Source: an uncultured Candidatus Saccharibacteria bacterium
Lineage (GTDB): Bacteria > Patescibacteriota > Saccharimonadia > Saccharimonadales > Saccharimonadaceae
Length of the DNA: 53,066 bases
Reading direction: 5' to 3'
Assembly (NCBI GenBank): GCA_946404685.1
Contig: CAMJEK010000001.1
Span: 1 to 53,066 of the forward strand
The notes under the pieces were generated by a model. It had not been told where the DNA came from, did no database searches, and was given only the letters and a program-made list of their open reading frames with translations. The first letter of the stretch is position 1, and every line of letters begins with the position of its first letter. Position numbers and translations under genes: made by a program. Below, piece by piece: positions 11,148 to 22,008 of this stretch.

Positions 11148-13409
11148 ATGTCAAAACAAACATTTCGTTTGAGGAATAATTTTATCCTAAACATTTTGTT
11201 TTCATGCTCTAGCGTTTCGCTAGCCCTTTTTGGTTTACTCACCCTTGTTCCGCCGTATAACCCAGAAAAACAGGCTGAGGCCATCATAGACCCAGACCTA
11301 TATACCATATCAGTTAATGCCGTCTCAGACATCAGCCTCCAAGTTAATCCATCTGCTGCTGGTACCGTAGCCATGGTAGAAGACATCATTACTAGTTCAA
11401 CCAACTCTCCATCAGGCTACAGATTGTATGTTTCAGTAGACGGAGATCACAATGATATTTACCTCAATGGCGATTCCCGCAACGACGTAGCCGGCAAAAA
11501 GATTGCTGCAACCTCTGGCACCTTTGATTCTCCAGCAGCTCTCACTAGCGATTCATCATCTTCATGGGGTTATGCCGTTCCTGGTCTAAACAATTTCGAT
11601 ACTATTTACGATGCTTCTTCTCCATCCTCTTCTGCCAAGTTCGCAGCTCTCCCAGTCATTGGCGAAGAACAATTAATCCACGAACACGAAGGCGTAGCTA
11701 CAGACGACACCACCAGTGTCTATTATGGCGCCAAGGTAGACTCAAATATTGCTGCAGGTCACTATATTGCAAACGTAGTTTACACTTCTATGACCGATAT
11801 TTCATCCATCACAAATGGCGAACTCACGGTTTCTCCAAACGATTTCATGGAAAACTACGAACCGGTAACTATTACGATCACAACTTCCTTAAGTACTTCC
11901 CGTGAGATTGGAACTGTGACCGCTACGGTTGGCGGAAATATCTGTGGAGATCTAGATATTGCCAATTACGACCCGCTCACTGTGACCTGTACCCTTCCTG
12001 CTGGTCTTTCCAGCGATGAGCATAATGTGACCCTAAACATCCCACGTCTTGGCAAAAGTTATGAAGCTGAGGACGGTATTAAGGTTTTTGCAGCGAATCA
12101 TACCTGCACCAAACAATACCGTCTCCAAAAAGCAGACGGAACTTATCCAAACGAATACACAGCAGACCCAAGTCAGACGGAAACCGTTGCTCATGGCAAA
12201 ACCTGTTCCTACACCAAATCTGTAGCAGATTACCAATCGCAAACTATCACTATTACTCCAGATGAAGATGCTGTATTGTCTCTAGATCTGCCGAGGAATA
12301 CCTATACGCTAACCATTAATTATAATCAATTCATTAAATCAGTTAGTGGCGCCGGAACTTATCGCTGGGGCCAGGTAGTGCCAATTTCCGCAGTTTCAAC
12401 TGGCGAAAGGACATTTAGGGGATGGGAACAAAAGAGCGGCACGACTGGCTCGTTCGCTAATGCGGCCGCGTTAAGTACCACATTTACCATGCCAAAATCT
12501 AATGCGGTGATTTTTGCAGATGGCGGGCGAGTATGTATTTATGACCTGAATTATGCGTGGACCTTTGGTTATACTGGAGCTTCAGCCAGTTTTGCTGTCC
12601 CATGCGCTGGGACCTACAAACTTGAGGTGTGGGGTGCTTCTGGTGGAGCTAATGGAGAATCGGGTGGCGGATCAATTGGAAAAGGTGGATATTCTACAGG
12701 TACCTTAGTCTTAACAGCTAGCAATACCTTGTATGTTAGTGTTGGTGGAGCCGGTGGAACCGGAAGTGGTGGCTGGAATGGTGGCGGGGCTGGCGGAAGT
12801 AATGCATATGGTACCCGTGGGGGTGGCGGTGGTGGAGCTACTCATATAGCCACATCTCTAGTTGGCACTGGAGAATTGAAGAATTATAGTAGTGCAATGT
12901 CATCGGTTAAGATTGTCGCAGCTGGTGGCGGTGGTGGTGGAGGAGCTAATTCCTGGGCTGGTGCAGGCGGGGGTCTGTCGGGCGGAAATGGCGGAAACCC
13001 ATGGCCTGCTGGTTCATCTACTACAACTGGTGGTTCACAAACAGCAGCGGGTGGAAGGTCTGGTTCTCACTGGGATGGTTGGGCCACTGATTATTCAAGA
13101 TATAATACTCGTGGTGGTTTTGGCTATGGTGGCACAGGCGGGTCATTTTGCAAAGTAAACGAAGATTTACAAACATATCCATATCCTCAAAATGGCGGCG
13201 GCGGTGGCGGCTGGTACGGCGGCGGTGGCGGAAATTCATTTGACGGAAGCTATGGTGATGGCGGCGGTGGCGGCTCATCGTATATCGGTGGGGTAACAAA
13301 CGGTAGTACTATTGCCGGCAACGCATCGATGCCGACACAAAATGGCGCCTCAACTATGACCGGAAACTCAGGCAACGGTTACGCAAAAATCACCTTGATT
13401 GCGGACTAG
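11148..13409 (+). CDS. Secreted/surface modular protein with C-terminal glycine-rich domain
   Basis: N-terminal hydrophobic segment, N-domain shared with the FISUMP proteins, Ig/IPT-like and InlB-B-like segments, YKLEVWGASGG...GGGWYGGGGG...GGGGSSY. Confidence 0.8.
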   Translation: MSKQTFRLRNNFILNILFSCSSVSLALFGLLTLVPPYNPEKQAEAIIDPDLYTISVNAVSDISLQVNPSAAGTVAMVEDIITSSTNSPSGYRLYVSVDGDHNDIYLNGDSRNDVAGKKIAATSGTFDSPAALTSDSSSSWGYAVPGLNNFDTIYDASSPSSSAKFAALPVIGEEQLIHEHEGVATDDTTSVYYGAKVDSNIAAGHYIANVVYTSMTDISSITNGELTVSPNDFMENYEPVTITITTSLSTSREIGTVTATVGGNICGDLDIANYDPLTVTCTLPAGLSSDEHNVTLNIPRLGKSYEAEDGIKVFAANHTCTKQYRLQKADGTYPNEYTADPSQTETVAHGKTCSYTKSVADYQSQTITITPDEDAVLSLDLPRNTYTLTINYNQFIKSVSGAGTYRWGQVVPISAVSTGERTFRGWEQKSGTTGSFANAAALSTTFTMPKSNAVIFADGGRVCIYDLNYAWTFGYTGASASFAVPCAGTYKLEVWGASGGANGESGGGSIGKGGYSTGTLVLTASNTLYVSVGGAGGTGSGGWNGGGAGGSNAYGTRGGGGGGATHIATSLVGTGELKNYSSAMSSVKIVAAGGGGGGGANSWAGAGGGLSGGNGGNPWPAGSSTTTGGSQTAAGGRSGSHWDGWATDYSRYNTRGGFGYGGTGGSFCKVNEDLQTYPYPQNGGGGGGWYGGGGGNSFDGSYGDGGGGGSSYIGGVTNGSTIAGNASMPTQNGASTMTGNSGNGYAKITLIAD

Positions 13410-13415
13410 AAAATA

Positions 13416-13574
13416 ACAGGACTTGTTGTCTAAGATGACTACAGTCCTGTTTTTTGAGTTTTTGTTCGAAGAACAAAAATGGTCTGGGTGACAGGACTTG
13501 CCCGCCAAAGGCGGCCACAGTCCTGTTTTTTGAGTTTTTTATGTAATAAAAAATGGTCTGGGTGACAGGACTTG
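13416..13574. repeat. Tandem 74-75-bp hairpin repeat derived from the tRNA-Pro 3' end
   Basis: ACAGGACTTG at 13416, 13491, 13565; 21-bp exact copy TGGTCTGGGTGACAGGACTTG at 13480; ACAGTCCTGTTTTTTGAGTTTTT occurs twice. Confidence 0.88.
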
Positions 13575-13629
13575 AACCTGCGACCTCGACTTCCCAAAAG
13601 TCGCGCGCTACCAACTGTGCTACACCCAG
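13554..13629 (-). tRNA. tRNA-Pro(UGG)
   Basis: CTGGGTG/CACCCAG acceptor, CGACT-TTTGGGA-AGTCG, CCA. Confidence 0.95.
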
Positions 13630-13709
13630 ACGGCTGTACTAATTATACCACATTTTTCGAAAAAACCAGCCTCTTCATGATAAAATTGATTTGTTAAGGA
13701 GATAAAACT

Positions 13710-15623
13710 GTGCCAGAAGCAAGCAAAAAGATGCCGGCTAAGCCGTCAATGTCGAATTCCATTCGCAGCATTGTTTTTATAATTATCATCGTTCTATTCG
13801 GTGCTTATCTTTTAAATAGTTACAATTCTGGTGGCACAAAACAGACGGAAGTGCCACTTTCTAGCGTAATTTCCCGTGCCAATGATGAAAATGGCAACAT
13901 CGAAAAAATCACCGTAATTGGTGAAAATCTCGAAATCACCCTAAAAGGCGAAGAGAAGGCTACTGAAATTTCCCGAAAGGATGCCTCGGGCACACTATAT
14001 GATCTCGGTCTCATCAATCACTGTGCTGATTTATCTGGTGAAGAACTAACGAACTGTAGCAAAAAATATCCGTCCATTGAATATAAAGAGGATGTCGACG
14101 TCTTTGGTATCATCTTGAATGTCGTACTCACCGTCTTCCCAATTCTTGCGGTATTTATCTTTTTGTCTTACATGATGCGCCAAGCTCAAGCCTCAAACAA
14201 TCAATCTATGGGCTTTGGTAAGGCTCGCGCTAAGGTCTATGGTCCAGACAAAAAGAAAGTTTTGTTTAAGGATGTAGCAGGAAACGAAGCTGCCAAGCAG
14301 GATCTCGAAGAGGTTGTTGACTTCTTGAAGTCGCCAAAGAAATACGAAAAACTTGGCGCCAAGATTCCTCGCGGTGTTTTGCTTGCTGGTGACCCAGGAA
14401 CTGGTAAAACATTGATGGCCCGCGCCGTTGCTGGTGAAGCCAACGTGCCATTCTTCTCGATCTCAGGCTCCGAATTTGCCGAAATGTTTGTCGGTGTCGG
14501 TGCATCTCGCGTGCGTGACCTCTTTGGCAAGGCCAAGAAAAACGCCCCATCAATCATCTTTATCGATGAAATCGATGCTGTCGCCCACAAACGTGATGCA
14601 AGGGGTGGTGCTGGTCGCGAAGATGAACAGACTTTGAACCAAATCCTTGTCGAGATGGATGGTTTCGATAATGAATCGGGTGTTATTGTGATGGCAGCCA
14701 CCAACCGTGTTGATATGCTCGATAAGGCCCTTCTTCGCCCAGGCCGCTTTGATCGCCATATCAATGTGACTCTTCCAGAAAGAAAGGATCGTCTCGAAAT
14801 CTTGAAGGTCCACTTCAAGAATAAACCGGTTGAAAGTGATGTTGACCTTAATGCGCTTGCCAAAAAGACTGCCGGTTCATCTGGTGCCGACCTTGCTAAT
14901 ATCGCTAACGAAGCAGCTATTACGGCCGCCCGCGAAGGTCACAAAGCCATCTCAAACAAAGATCTTACTGAGGCTTTTGAACGTGTCGCAATTGGCCCAG
15001 AACGTAAATCCAAAGTTATGAATGAATACGAAAAGAAGCTTACCGCCTATCACGAGGCTGGTCATGCCATTGTCGGCCATGTGCTTCCTGACTCTGATCC
15101 GGTCCATAAGGTTACGATTATTCCTCGCGGTAGCACTGGTGGTGTCACTTGGTTCCTACCTCCAGAGGATCGCAGCTACAAGAGCATTTATGATCTCAAA
15201 GACGTTCTCGCTCGCGCCATGGGCGGTCGCATTGCTGAAGAGCTGGTCTTTGGTAAGGACTCCGTCACGACGGGCGCCTCTTCGGATCTCCAGCATGTTG
15301 CTGAACTTGCTAAATCTATGATTATTGGCGAAGGTATGGGCGACAAACTCCGCAACCTCGTCTTTCCGGATGAATCAACCGGCTACTACACAATCACGAC
15401 CGGCAAGCCATACTCTGAAAAAACTGCCGAACTAATTGATGCTGAAATTAGGGCCTACACTGAAGAAGCCGCAAAGCGCGCTATGGAAGTCCTGAAAGCT
15501 AACCGCAAGGTTCTCGACAATCTCGCCGAAGCGCTCTTGAAGCAGGAAACCTTGGAAGAAAAAGAGCTCGAGCCAATCCTAAAGGAGACCAAGCTCCCAA
15601 CCGCTGCCAAGCTTCATCCATAA
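13710..15623 (+). CDS. ftsH: ATP-dependent Zn metalloprotease FtsH
   Basis: Two TMs, [29 protein letters not shown]; exact start uncertain (GTG 13710 or ATG 13731). Confidence 0.96.
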   Translation: MPEASKKMPAKPSMSNSIRSIVFIIIIVLFGAYLLNSYNSGGTKQTEVPLSSVISRANDENGNIEKITVIGENLEITLKGEEKATEISRKDASGTLYDLGLINHCADLSGEELTNCSKKYPSIEYKEDVDVFGIILNVVLTVFPILAVFIFLSYMMRQAQASNNQSMGFGKARAKVYGPDKKKVLFKDVAGNEAAKQDLEEVVDFLKSPKKYEKLGAKIPRGVLLAGDPGTGKTLMARAVAGEANVPFFSISGSEFAEMFVGVGASRVRDLFGKAKKNAPSIIFIDEIDAVAHKRDARGGAGREDEQTLNQILVEMDGFDNESGVIVMAATNRVDMLDKALLRPGRFDRHINVTLPERKDRLEILKVHFKNKPVESDVDLNALAKKTAGSSGADLANIANEAAITAAREGHKAISNKDLTEAFERVAIGPERKSKVMNEYEKKLTAYHEAGHAIVGHVLPDSDPVHKVTIIPRGSTGGVTWFLPPEDRSYKSIYDLKDVLARAMGGRIAEELVFGKDSVTTGASSDLQHVAELAKSMIIGEGMGDKLRNLVFPDESTGYYTITTGKPYSEKTAELIDAEIRAYTEEAAKRAMEVLKANRKVLDNLAEALLKQETLEEKELEPILKETKLPTAAKLHP

Positions 15624-15665
15624 CAAAGCGGAAAATAGAGATATTCCATGTATTATAATAGATAC

Positions 15666-18029
15666 ATGGAATATTTTTTAGATTTATTTAAACCCAAAAA
15701 TTATAAGCTCGACCTTGCAATTGATAAGGAAAAGAAGACCTTAAAAGGCGTGGCGAAAATTAAGGGAACAGTAAAATCTGAAAATATCAAACTTCATGCC
15801 GTCGGGTTCAAGGTCGATAGTGTGAAGGTTGCTGGGAAAAAGGTTGAATTTGCACACGAAGACGGCGTCCTTAAGATTGCTGGCCTTGGTCTCGGCGATG
15901 CAGAAATCGAAATCAAATACCATGGCCCACTCAATGAAAATATGCAGGGTGCCTATCTGTCGACCTACGAATATAAAGGAAAGACAGAAAAAATCGTTTC
16001 GACCCAATTTGAATCCCATTATGCACGCGAGGCCTTTCCTTGTATTGATGAGCCATCCGCCAAGGCGACTTTTGATTTGTCGATCACTCTTCCGGAAGGC
16101 AGTGATGATATTGTTATCGCAAACACCCCGATTGCTAAAAAGGATGGTGAGACCACAATTTTCGAAACTACTCCGCGTATGTCCACCTACCTTCTCGCTT
16201 TCGTGATTGGCCACTTCCATTCCAAAACCATCAAGAACAATCATGGCACCATTATCACGACCTATGCTCCGCTCAACCAGGCGGAAAATTCGGTCGACTT
16301 CGCAAATGAAATTGCCGCCAAATCTCTAGAATTCTATGATAATCAATTCGGTGTGCCGTATCCGCTCGAAAAACTCGACCAAGTTGCGATCCCGGATTTC
16401 GAAGCTGGTGCGATGGAAAACTGGGGACTTGTGACCTATCGTGAGGCTTGTCTTTTGGTTGACGAAACTGCCACACTCGACACTAAAAAATCTGTCGCTT
16501 TGACCGTTGCCCATGAATTGTCGCACCAATGGTTCGGCGATCTTGTCACTATGAAATGGTGGGATGATCTTTGGCTGAACGAATCCTTCGCGACTGTCAT
16601 GGAATACTGGGCCGTTGATCATATTCATCCAGAATATAATATATGGGAGGATTTTGTGACATCGGATTGTCTCGCCGCCTTAAAGCGCGACGCTTATCTT
16701 GGCGTGCAATCTGTCTTTCAACCAGTTGAGAGCCCGGCCGAAATCGCTACACTTTTCGACGCCGCCATTGTCTATGCGAAGGGCGCAAGGTTAATGCTGA
16801 TGCTTATGCGCTTGATGGGTGAAGATAAGTTTGTTCTTGGGCTTCGCGATTATTTCAAACAATTCCGCTATTCGAATACTTCTGGTGACGATTTATGGAA
16901 CGCCCTCGACAAATATGCTGACTTCAAAGTGAAAGAATTCATGCACGCTTGGATTTCAAATTCCGGCTATCCAGTTTTGACCGACGGCGCACAAAAGCGC
17001 TTCTTACTCTCCGACGCGGATGACAAAACCACCTGGCCACTTCCAGAAATCACGGATGACATGTCCGGGCACTACCTCATCAACTTGAATGACGAAGAGT
17101 TTATGAAAAAACTTGCCGCATTTGATAATTTGAGCCTCGAACAGCGTCTTCGTCTTTTGATTGACCGCATGTTCCTCGCCAAAACTCCGCTCGTTCCATC
17201 AAAATCCTTGCTTGATCTTTTGGATGGATTTAAAGAGGAAACGAGCGCGTCAGTCTGGGAAATTATTGGTAGTATCATCGCTCATTTGAAACTATTCATG
17301 AAACCAGAGACCGAGCTTGACGATGAGTTTAGAAAATACATTCTGTCGCTCATTGAGCCTCAGATCAAACGCCTCGGCCTTAATCCAAAAGCAACCGAAT
17401 CCGACAACGACACGCGCCTTCGCTCGCAAATTCTCGGTCTCGACTTCTATGCCAACGACAAAAAGAATCTCGAAAAACTTGCCGCAAAATATGACAAAAA
17501 CTTATCGAAGATTAATCCAGAAATCCGCCGTGATGTTTTGGATGCAGTGATTCGTCTTGACGAATCAAAGTTCGATGAATTTTTGAAAAAATATCAAACC
17601 ACTTCCGATCCGGAACAAAAATCTGAGCTTCTCTTTGCGATGAGCCTTGCAAGAAGCGATGAAAATGTCGAAAAGTTGATCGGGCTTCTAAAGAAACCAG
17701 AAATTGTGAAGCCTCAGGATCATTTGCATCTATACATCTATCTTCGCCGCAATTATAAAACCGCCGAAAAAGCCCTTGATTGGTTGTTCGAAAACTGGGA
17801 TTATGTTGAAAAAATGTCTGGCGAAAAATCTATTGAGGATTATCCGCGTTACACCGCAAACACAATTAAGACTGGCGAAGAAGCCGAGAAATTCTTCAAT
17901 TTCTTCGATAAATTTAAAAATAGCCCGATCCTTTCGCGCGCTCTTACGGTGGCCAGGACCGAGATTGAATCTCGTATTAAACTAATTGATGCCGACATGG
18001 ACGGCATCGTGGATTACTTCAGAAAATAG
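15666..18029 (+). CDS. pepN: M1 family aminopeptidase (PepN-like)
   Basis: GAMENWG, HELSHQWFG..WLNE; start 6 nt after TATAAT. Confidence 0.92.
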   Translation: MEYFLDLFKPKNYKLDLAIDKEKKTLKGVAKIKGTVKSENIKLHAVGFKVDSVKVAGKKVEFAHEDGVLKIAGLGLGDAEIEIKYHGPLNENMQGAYLSTYEYKGKTEKIVSTQFESHYAREAFPCIDEPSAKATFDLSITLPEGSDDIVIANTPIAKKDGETTIFETTPRMSTYLLAFVIGHFHSKTIKNNHGTIITTYAPLNQAENSVDFANEIAAKSLEFYDNQFGVPYPLEKLDQVAIPDFEAGAMENWGLVTYREACLLVDETATLDTKKSVALTVAHELSHQWFGDLVTMKWWDDLWLNESFATVMEYWAVDHIHPEYNIWEDFVTSDCLAALKRDAYLGVQSVFQPVESPAEIATLFDAAIVYAKGARLMLMLMRLMGEDKFVLGLRDYFKQFRYSNTSGDDLWNALDKYADFKVKEFMHAWISNSGYPVLTDGAQKRFLLSDADDKTTWPLPEITDDMSGHYLINLNDEEFMKKLAAFDNLSLEQRLRLLIDRMFLAKTPLVPSKSLLDLLDGFKEETSASVWEIIGSIIAHLKLFMKPETELDDEFRKYILSLIEPQIKRLGLNPKATESDNDTRLRSQILGLDFYANDKKNLEKLAAKYDKNLSKINPEIRRDVLDAVIRLDESKFDEFLKKYQTTSDPEQKSELLFAMSLARSDENVEKLIGLLKKPEIVKPQDHLHLYIYLRRNYKTAEKALDWLFENWDYVEKMSGEKSIEDYPRYTANTIKTGEEAEKFFNFFDKFKNSPILSRALTVARTEIESRIKLIDADMDGIVDYFRK

Positions 18030-18114
18030 TGGTGCCCGCTGCAGGATTTGAACCTGTACATCCGGAGATACTAGCACCTGAAGCTAGCGCGTCTACCAAT
18101 TCCGCCAAGCGGGC
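18030..18114 (-). tRNA. tRNA-Leu(CAG)
   Basis: GCCCGCT/AGCGGGC acceptor, CTAGC-TTCAGGT-GCTAG, long variable arm, CCA abutting the pepN stop. Confidence 0.93.
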
Positions 18115-18171
18115 ATAGGCAAATTATATCACAAACCCCGCAAAACTTCTCTGGCGTGATATAATATGCTT

Positions 18172-19770
18172 ATGAATAAAATACAGTTTGATGGGCCTGT
18201 AGTTCTCGCAATTATGGACGGAGTTGGCTTGGCTCCAAGTGGTCCAGGAAACGCCGTTTCTCTAGCGCGAACTCCTTTTCTCGCGAAAGCATCCGCTGAG
18301 GGAATGCCGTTTGCAATCAACGCTTCCGGTGAAGCCGTTGGTCTTCTTCCTGGCGTGATGGGGAACTCGGAAGTCGGACACAATACCATGGGCTGTGGCC
18401 AAATCATCAAGCAAGGCATTGCACATATTGAAGACGCATTCGAAAATGGTTCGATTTGGGAATCCGAAGCCTGGAAGGGTGTAACGGAATTCTTACTAAA
18501 AGACGGCGCCATGCATGCATTGCATTTTTCTGGAATTTTCTCCGACGGTGGAGTTCATAGTGACATCAAACATCTTGAGTTGATGATGGCAAAAGCCTAT
18601 GAAGCCGGCGTCCGCAAATTCCGTATCCATCCAGTCTTTGACGGTCGCGACGTTGCGCCGCAATCCGAACCAAAATTTATTAACCGCATCGAACGTTTTG
18701 CTGAAAAATTCGAAGAAGCCGACATTAAAATTGCTTCCGGTGGCGGACGTATGACTACAACCGCCGACCGATACGAAAACGACTGGAAAATGGTCGAGCG
18801 CGGATTTAATGCTATGGTTTACGGCATTTCCGACAACAAATTTCACTCCGCTCTTGAGGCTGTCGAAACCTTCCGTAAAAAAGATCCAGAAATTCAAGAC
18901 CAATATTTACCAGACTTTGTCGTGATCGACGAAGATGGCGAGCCAGTTGGCAAAATCAAAAAAGGCGACGCAGTTGTTTATATCGATTTTCGTGCTGATC
19001 GTGCCATCGAAATCGCTTCTGCATTCGACCTCCGAGATTTCTCGAAATTTACTCGTGGCAACAACTTTATTGTGGACGACATTTATTTCGCCGGTCTCAC
19101 AGAATACGATTCGGATAAACACATTCCAAAAAACCAGCTAATCGCCCCAAACTACATCTCGAACACCTTGAGTGATTATCTCGGCTCAAAGAAAATCTCG
19201 TCGCTCGCGATTTCTGAAACCGTCAAATTTGGTCACGTCACTTATTTCTTCAACGGCAACAGCAACGAGCCGGCACCACTCGAAAAGTTCCTAGAAATCC
19301 CATCTTATACCGAGCCATTCGATACGCGTCCATGGATGAAATGTGCCGAAATCACCGACGCTGTTCTCGAAAACCTCGACAAATACAAATTCGTCCGCAT
19401 CAACTTCCCAGGCGGCGACATGGTGGGGCACTTCGCCGAAGTCGAACCAACCATTGTGGCGCTTGAAGCAATTGATCTCTCGCTTGCGAGAATCGCGAAA
19501 AAAGTCGAGGAACTCGGAGGATGTCTCATTATTACGGCTGACCACGGCAACGCCGAAGAACTTCTCGATGCTGACGGCAATCCAAAGACTGCCCACTCTT
19601 TGAATAAAATTCCATTCATCATCTACGATAAAACTAAGAATCGCGAAAAGTATGCCATGAATAACACGGCGGATCCAGGACTTGCCAATGTGGCGGCCAC
19701 AGTCGCAACCTTGCTCGGGCAGGACGACTATCCAAAAGACTGGAAAAACCCGCTAATTGTGTTAAAATAA
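18172..19770 (+). CDS. gpmI: 2,3-BPG-independent phosphoglycerate mutase
   Basis: MDGVG, MGNSEVGH, DGGVHS, DGRD, DMVGH, TADHGNAE. Confidence 0.95.
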   Translation: MNKIQFDGPVVLAIMDGVGLAPSGPGNAVSLARTPFLAKASAEGMPFAINASGEAVGLLPGVMGNSEVGHNTMGCGQIIKQGIAHIEDAFENGSIWESEAWKGVTEFLLKDGAMHALHFSGIFSDGGVHSDIKHLELMMAKAYEAGVRKFRIHPVFDGRDVAPQSEPKFINRIERFAEKFEEADIKIASGGGRMTTTADRYENDWKMVERGFNAMVYGISDNKFHSALEAVETFRKKDPEIQDQYLPDFVVIDEDGEPVGKIKKGDAVVYIDFRADRAIEIASAFDLRDFSKFTRGNNFIVDDIYFAGLTEYDSDKHIPKNQLIAPNYISNTLSDYLGSKKISSLAISETVKFGHVTYFFNGNSNEPAPLEKFLEIPSYTEPFDTRPWMKCAEITDAVLENLDKYKFVRINFPGGDMVGHFAEVEPTIVALEAIDLSLARIAKKVEELGGCLIITADHGNAEELLDADGNPKTAHSLNKIPFIIYDKTKNREKYAMNNTADPGLANVAATVATLLGQDDYPKDWKNPLIVLK

Positions 19771-19777
19771 TGGCATC

Positions 19778-20617
19778 ATGGAAAAGATTACAAAGGCTAT
19801 TATTCCGGTCGCTGGTTGGGGTACCCGCCGTTTGCCAATTACGAAAATAATTGAAAAATCAATGCTCCCAGTGGGGAACCGTCCACTCGTGGATTATTCT
19901 GTCCAAGAGCTCATCAAAGCTGGTGTCAAAGATATCTATATGGTTATCTCAAACACCGAGCCATGCCAAGTTCGCGAATTCTATCGCGACAATCTCGCTT
20001 TGAACCAATATCTTATTGAACGCGGAAAAGAAGATCGCCTCGCGCTAGCTAAAACTTTACCAGACGATGTCACGATTCACTACACCGTCCAGGATCCATC
20101 CGGTCGCTATGGCACTGCCGTTCCAATCGCGATGGTTGCCCAAGAATATAGTCTTAACGAACCAGTCTTTGTCTATTTCGGTGATGATTTCATCTGGAAT
20201 CCAGATGGTGAATCAGCCGCCGAATCTCTTCTCAAATCTTTGCAAGACCCAAGCGACTCTGCTATTCTCGGCGTCGAAGTTCCTCGTGAAGAAGTTGTGA
20301 AATATGGTGAAATCACCATGGAAAATGGCATCTTGAAGAAAATTGTCGAAAAGCCAGCTCTCGAAGATGTCGAATCTAATCTCGTCCACGTCAGTAAATT
20401 CATCATGTCACCAGCCCTCATGAAAGAAGTGGTTGATTACGTGAACTCTCACGATTTCGGCCCGGATGACCAAGAATATATGGCCACTGACCCACTCGAA
20501 ACCTATGTTCAAAAAGGCGGCATCGTCCGCGTTGCTCCAACTACCGGTGAATATCTCGATGGTGGTTCCGTAGATGGCTGGGTCCACGCTAACGAAGTTG
20601 TTTGCAGGAAAAAATAA
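19778..20617 (+). CDS. Sugar-phosphate nucleotidyltransferase (GalU-like)
   Basis: KAIIPVAGWGTRRLPITK..EKSMLPV, GTAV, GDD, IVEKP. Confidence 0.85.
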   Translation: MEKITKAIIPVAGWGTRRLPITKIIEKSMLPVGNRPLVDYSVQELIKAGVKDIYMVISNTEPCQVREFYRDNLALNQYLIERGKEDRLALAKTLPDDVTIHYTVQDPSGRYGTAVPIAMVAQEYSLNEPVFVYFGDDFIWNPDGESAAESLLKSLQDPSDSAILGVEVPREEVVKYGEITMENGILKKIVEKPALEDVESNLVHVSKFIMSPALMKEVVDYVNSHDFGPDDQEYMATDPLETYVQKGGIVRVAPTTGEYLDGGSVDGWVHANEVVCRKK

Positions 20618-20868
20618 TGCTCCAAGACATCGTGGTCGGGCAAATTTATAAACACTTTAAGGGGAAATATTATATTGTGCTCGACATTGTCTTCGATTGC
20701 GAATCTGAAAACAAAAACGAGCCTGATAAGATTGTGGTCTATCAGGCTCTTTATGGTGATAAAAAACGCTGGGCCAGGCGCTATGAAGTTTTTGCCTCGG
20801 AGGTGGATCACGAGAAATATCCAAACGTGAAACAGAAGTGGCGCTTCGAACCAGTAGAATTAGTGTAA
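20617..20868 (+). CDS. DUF1653-family small protein
   Basis: YKHFKGKYY..VVYQALYG..WAR..F..EVD.EKYP..KQKWRFE; TAATG coupling. Confidence 0.85.
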   Translation: MLQDIVVGQIYKHFKGKYYIVLDIVFDCESENKNEPDKIVVYQALYGDKKRWARRYEVFASEVDHEKYPNVKQKWRFEPVELV

Positions 20869-20897
20869 CAAAAAAGCTCCTCAATGGAGCATTTTTT
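20867..20897. repeat. 31-bp hairpin direct repeat, copy 1 (copy 2 at 22424..22454)
   Basis: AACAAAAAAGCTCCTCAATGGAGCATTTTTT identical at both sites. Confidence 0.9.
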
Positions 20898-20998
20898 GTC
20901 TACATTTACAAACTTAATGAATTATGTTATAATTTATAAAATTTTTGGTTGGCACATATCAAACGTACATTACTATTTTGAAAGGTTGGTGATTATGT

Positions 20999-21985
20999 AT
21001 GTCGAGAAATCCAGAATTAGACAGATTAAAGGCGGAGCAACAGTCACTTTTCGAACAGAAACAGGCCGCGTTCCAAAGATTTAAGGATTTACAGGAACGA
21101 ACCAATATAGCCCATGACGCTATGCAATCGGCTTGGGATGAGCGTGTCCGCGCTCGGGAATGTATGAATCGTGAATTTGAGGCAAGGCAGTCTGCCTACG
21201 CTCATCGTGATTCTGTCTGGGAAGAATACGGTCGCATTCGTGATTATAATAATTCCAGAATCGAATCGCTGAGGTGCGAAGCCGACGCTGAACATCGTGC
21301 CATGCAGGAATGTTTTGAACAGGCCAGCAATGCGTATCAGTATGGCGAAAAGTCTGAGGCTCCCTACTATTCTCAGCAAGGGCACGAACATAAAGATCGT
21401 CGCGACGCACTGAATGCCGAAATTTCCGAACTCGTTCGCGAAATCAAACAAGCCAAGGCGAACGCTGAGGCTTCGGCCCCGAAAATTAGTTCTTACGCGT
21501 TCGACTCCGCAAAGTCTGCTTTCGAATCGGCTAAGGCGCGCCATGAATCTGCGCAGACAGAATTCAGGGCACTAAAAGCTCAGTGCGATTCCGCAAAAGC
21601 TGAATTCGATTGCCTCCAGGCGCAATTTAAGCAAGCGCAAGCCGCGTTTCATCGTAAGCTTGAAGAAGTGAAGTCCGAAAGATCCGCAACAAAGCAGCGT
21701 GCGGTGGACAAAGTCAATATGGCGCTCGTTCACGAAAAACGTGGTGCATTCTATCTCGGTTCCATCTTTGGGCAAGATGCAAAAATTAGACCACGAAATG
21801 ATGGCAGCGGCAAAACCGACGTATTCTTTGGTGGTTTAAGCGCGACCGGAGACGGCGTGGGGCATGGACATGCTGTTATTGACCGCGACGGAAACGTTAC
21901 TTATTTGCGTGACGCTTGGCAGGATCATGAGGATTATCTAATCGATGATCGTAAAAAGCGAGGTGTAAATACTCATAAAATCTAA
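20999..21985 (+). CDS. Hypothetical long coiled-coil protein with small C-terminal beta domain
   Basis: A/E/Q/R-rich helical region of about 235 aa, then GKTDVFFGG..GDGVGHGHAVID; own promoter, RBS and terminator. Confidence 0.8.
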   Translation: MSRNPELDRLKAEQQSLFEQKQAAFQRFKDLQERTNIAHDAMQSAWDERVRARECMNREFEARQSAYAHRDSVWEEYGRIRDYNNSRIESLRCEADAEHRAMQECFEQASNAYQYGEKSEAPYYSQQGHEHKDRRDALNAEISELVREIKQAKANAEASAPKISSYAFDSAKSAFESAKARHESAQTEFRALKAQCDSAKAEFDCLQAQFKQAQAAFHRKLEEVKSERSATKQRAVDKVNMALVHEKRGAFYLGSIFGQDAKIRPRNDGSGKTDVFFGGLSATGDGVGHGHAVIDRDGNVTYLRDAWQDHEDYLIDDRKKRGVNTHKI

Positions 21986-22008
21986 ACGCCAACCAACCAA
22001 ATACCGCT

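Noticed and set aside
13180-13280. GGC/GGT-rich low-complexity tract as a DNA repeat or contingency locus
   Set aside because: Explained by poly-glycine coding with mixed synonymous codons
13416-13574. CRISPR array interpretation of the repeat/variable-insert units at tRNA-Pro (also Cys and Lys)
   Set aside because: Only 2-3 units, repeats derive from the tRNA itself, inserts are short self-complementary hairpins, and no cas genes are in the window
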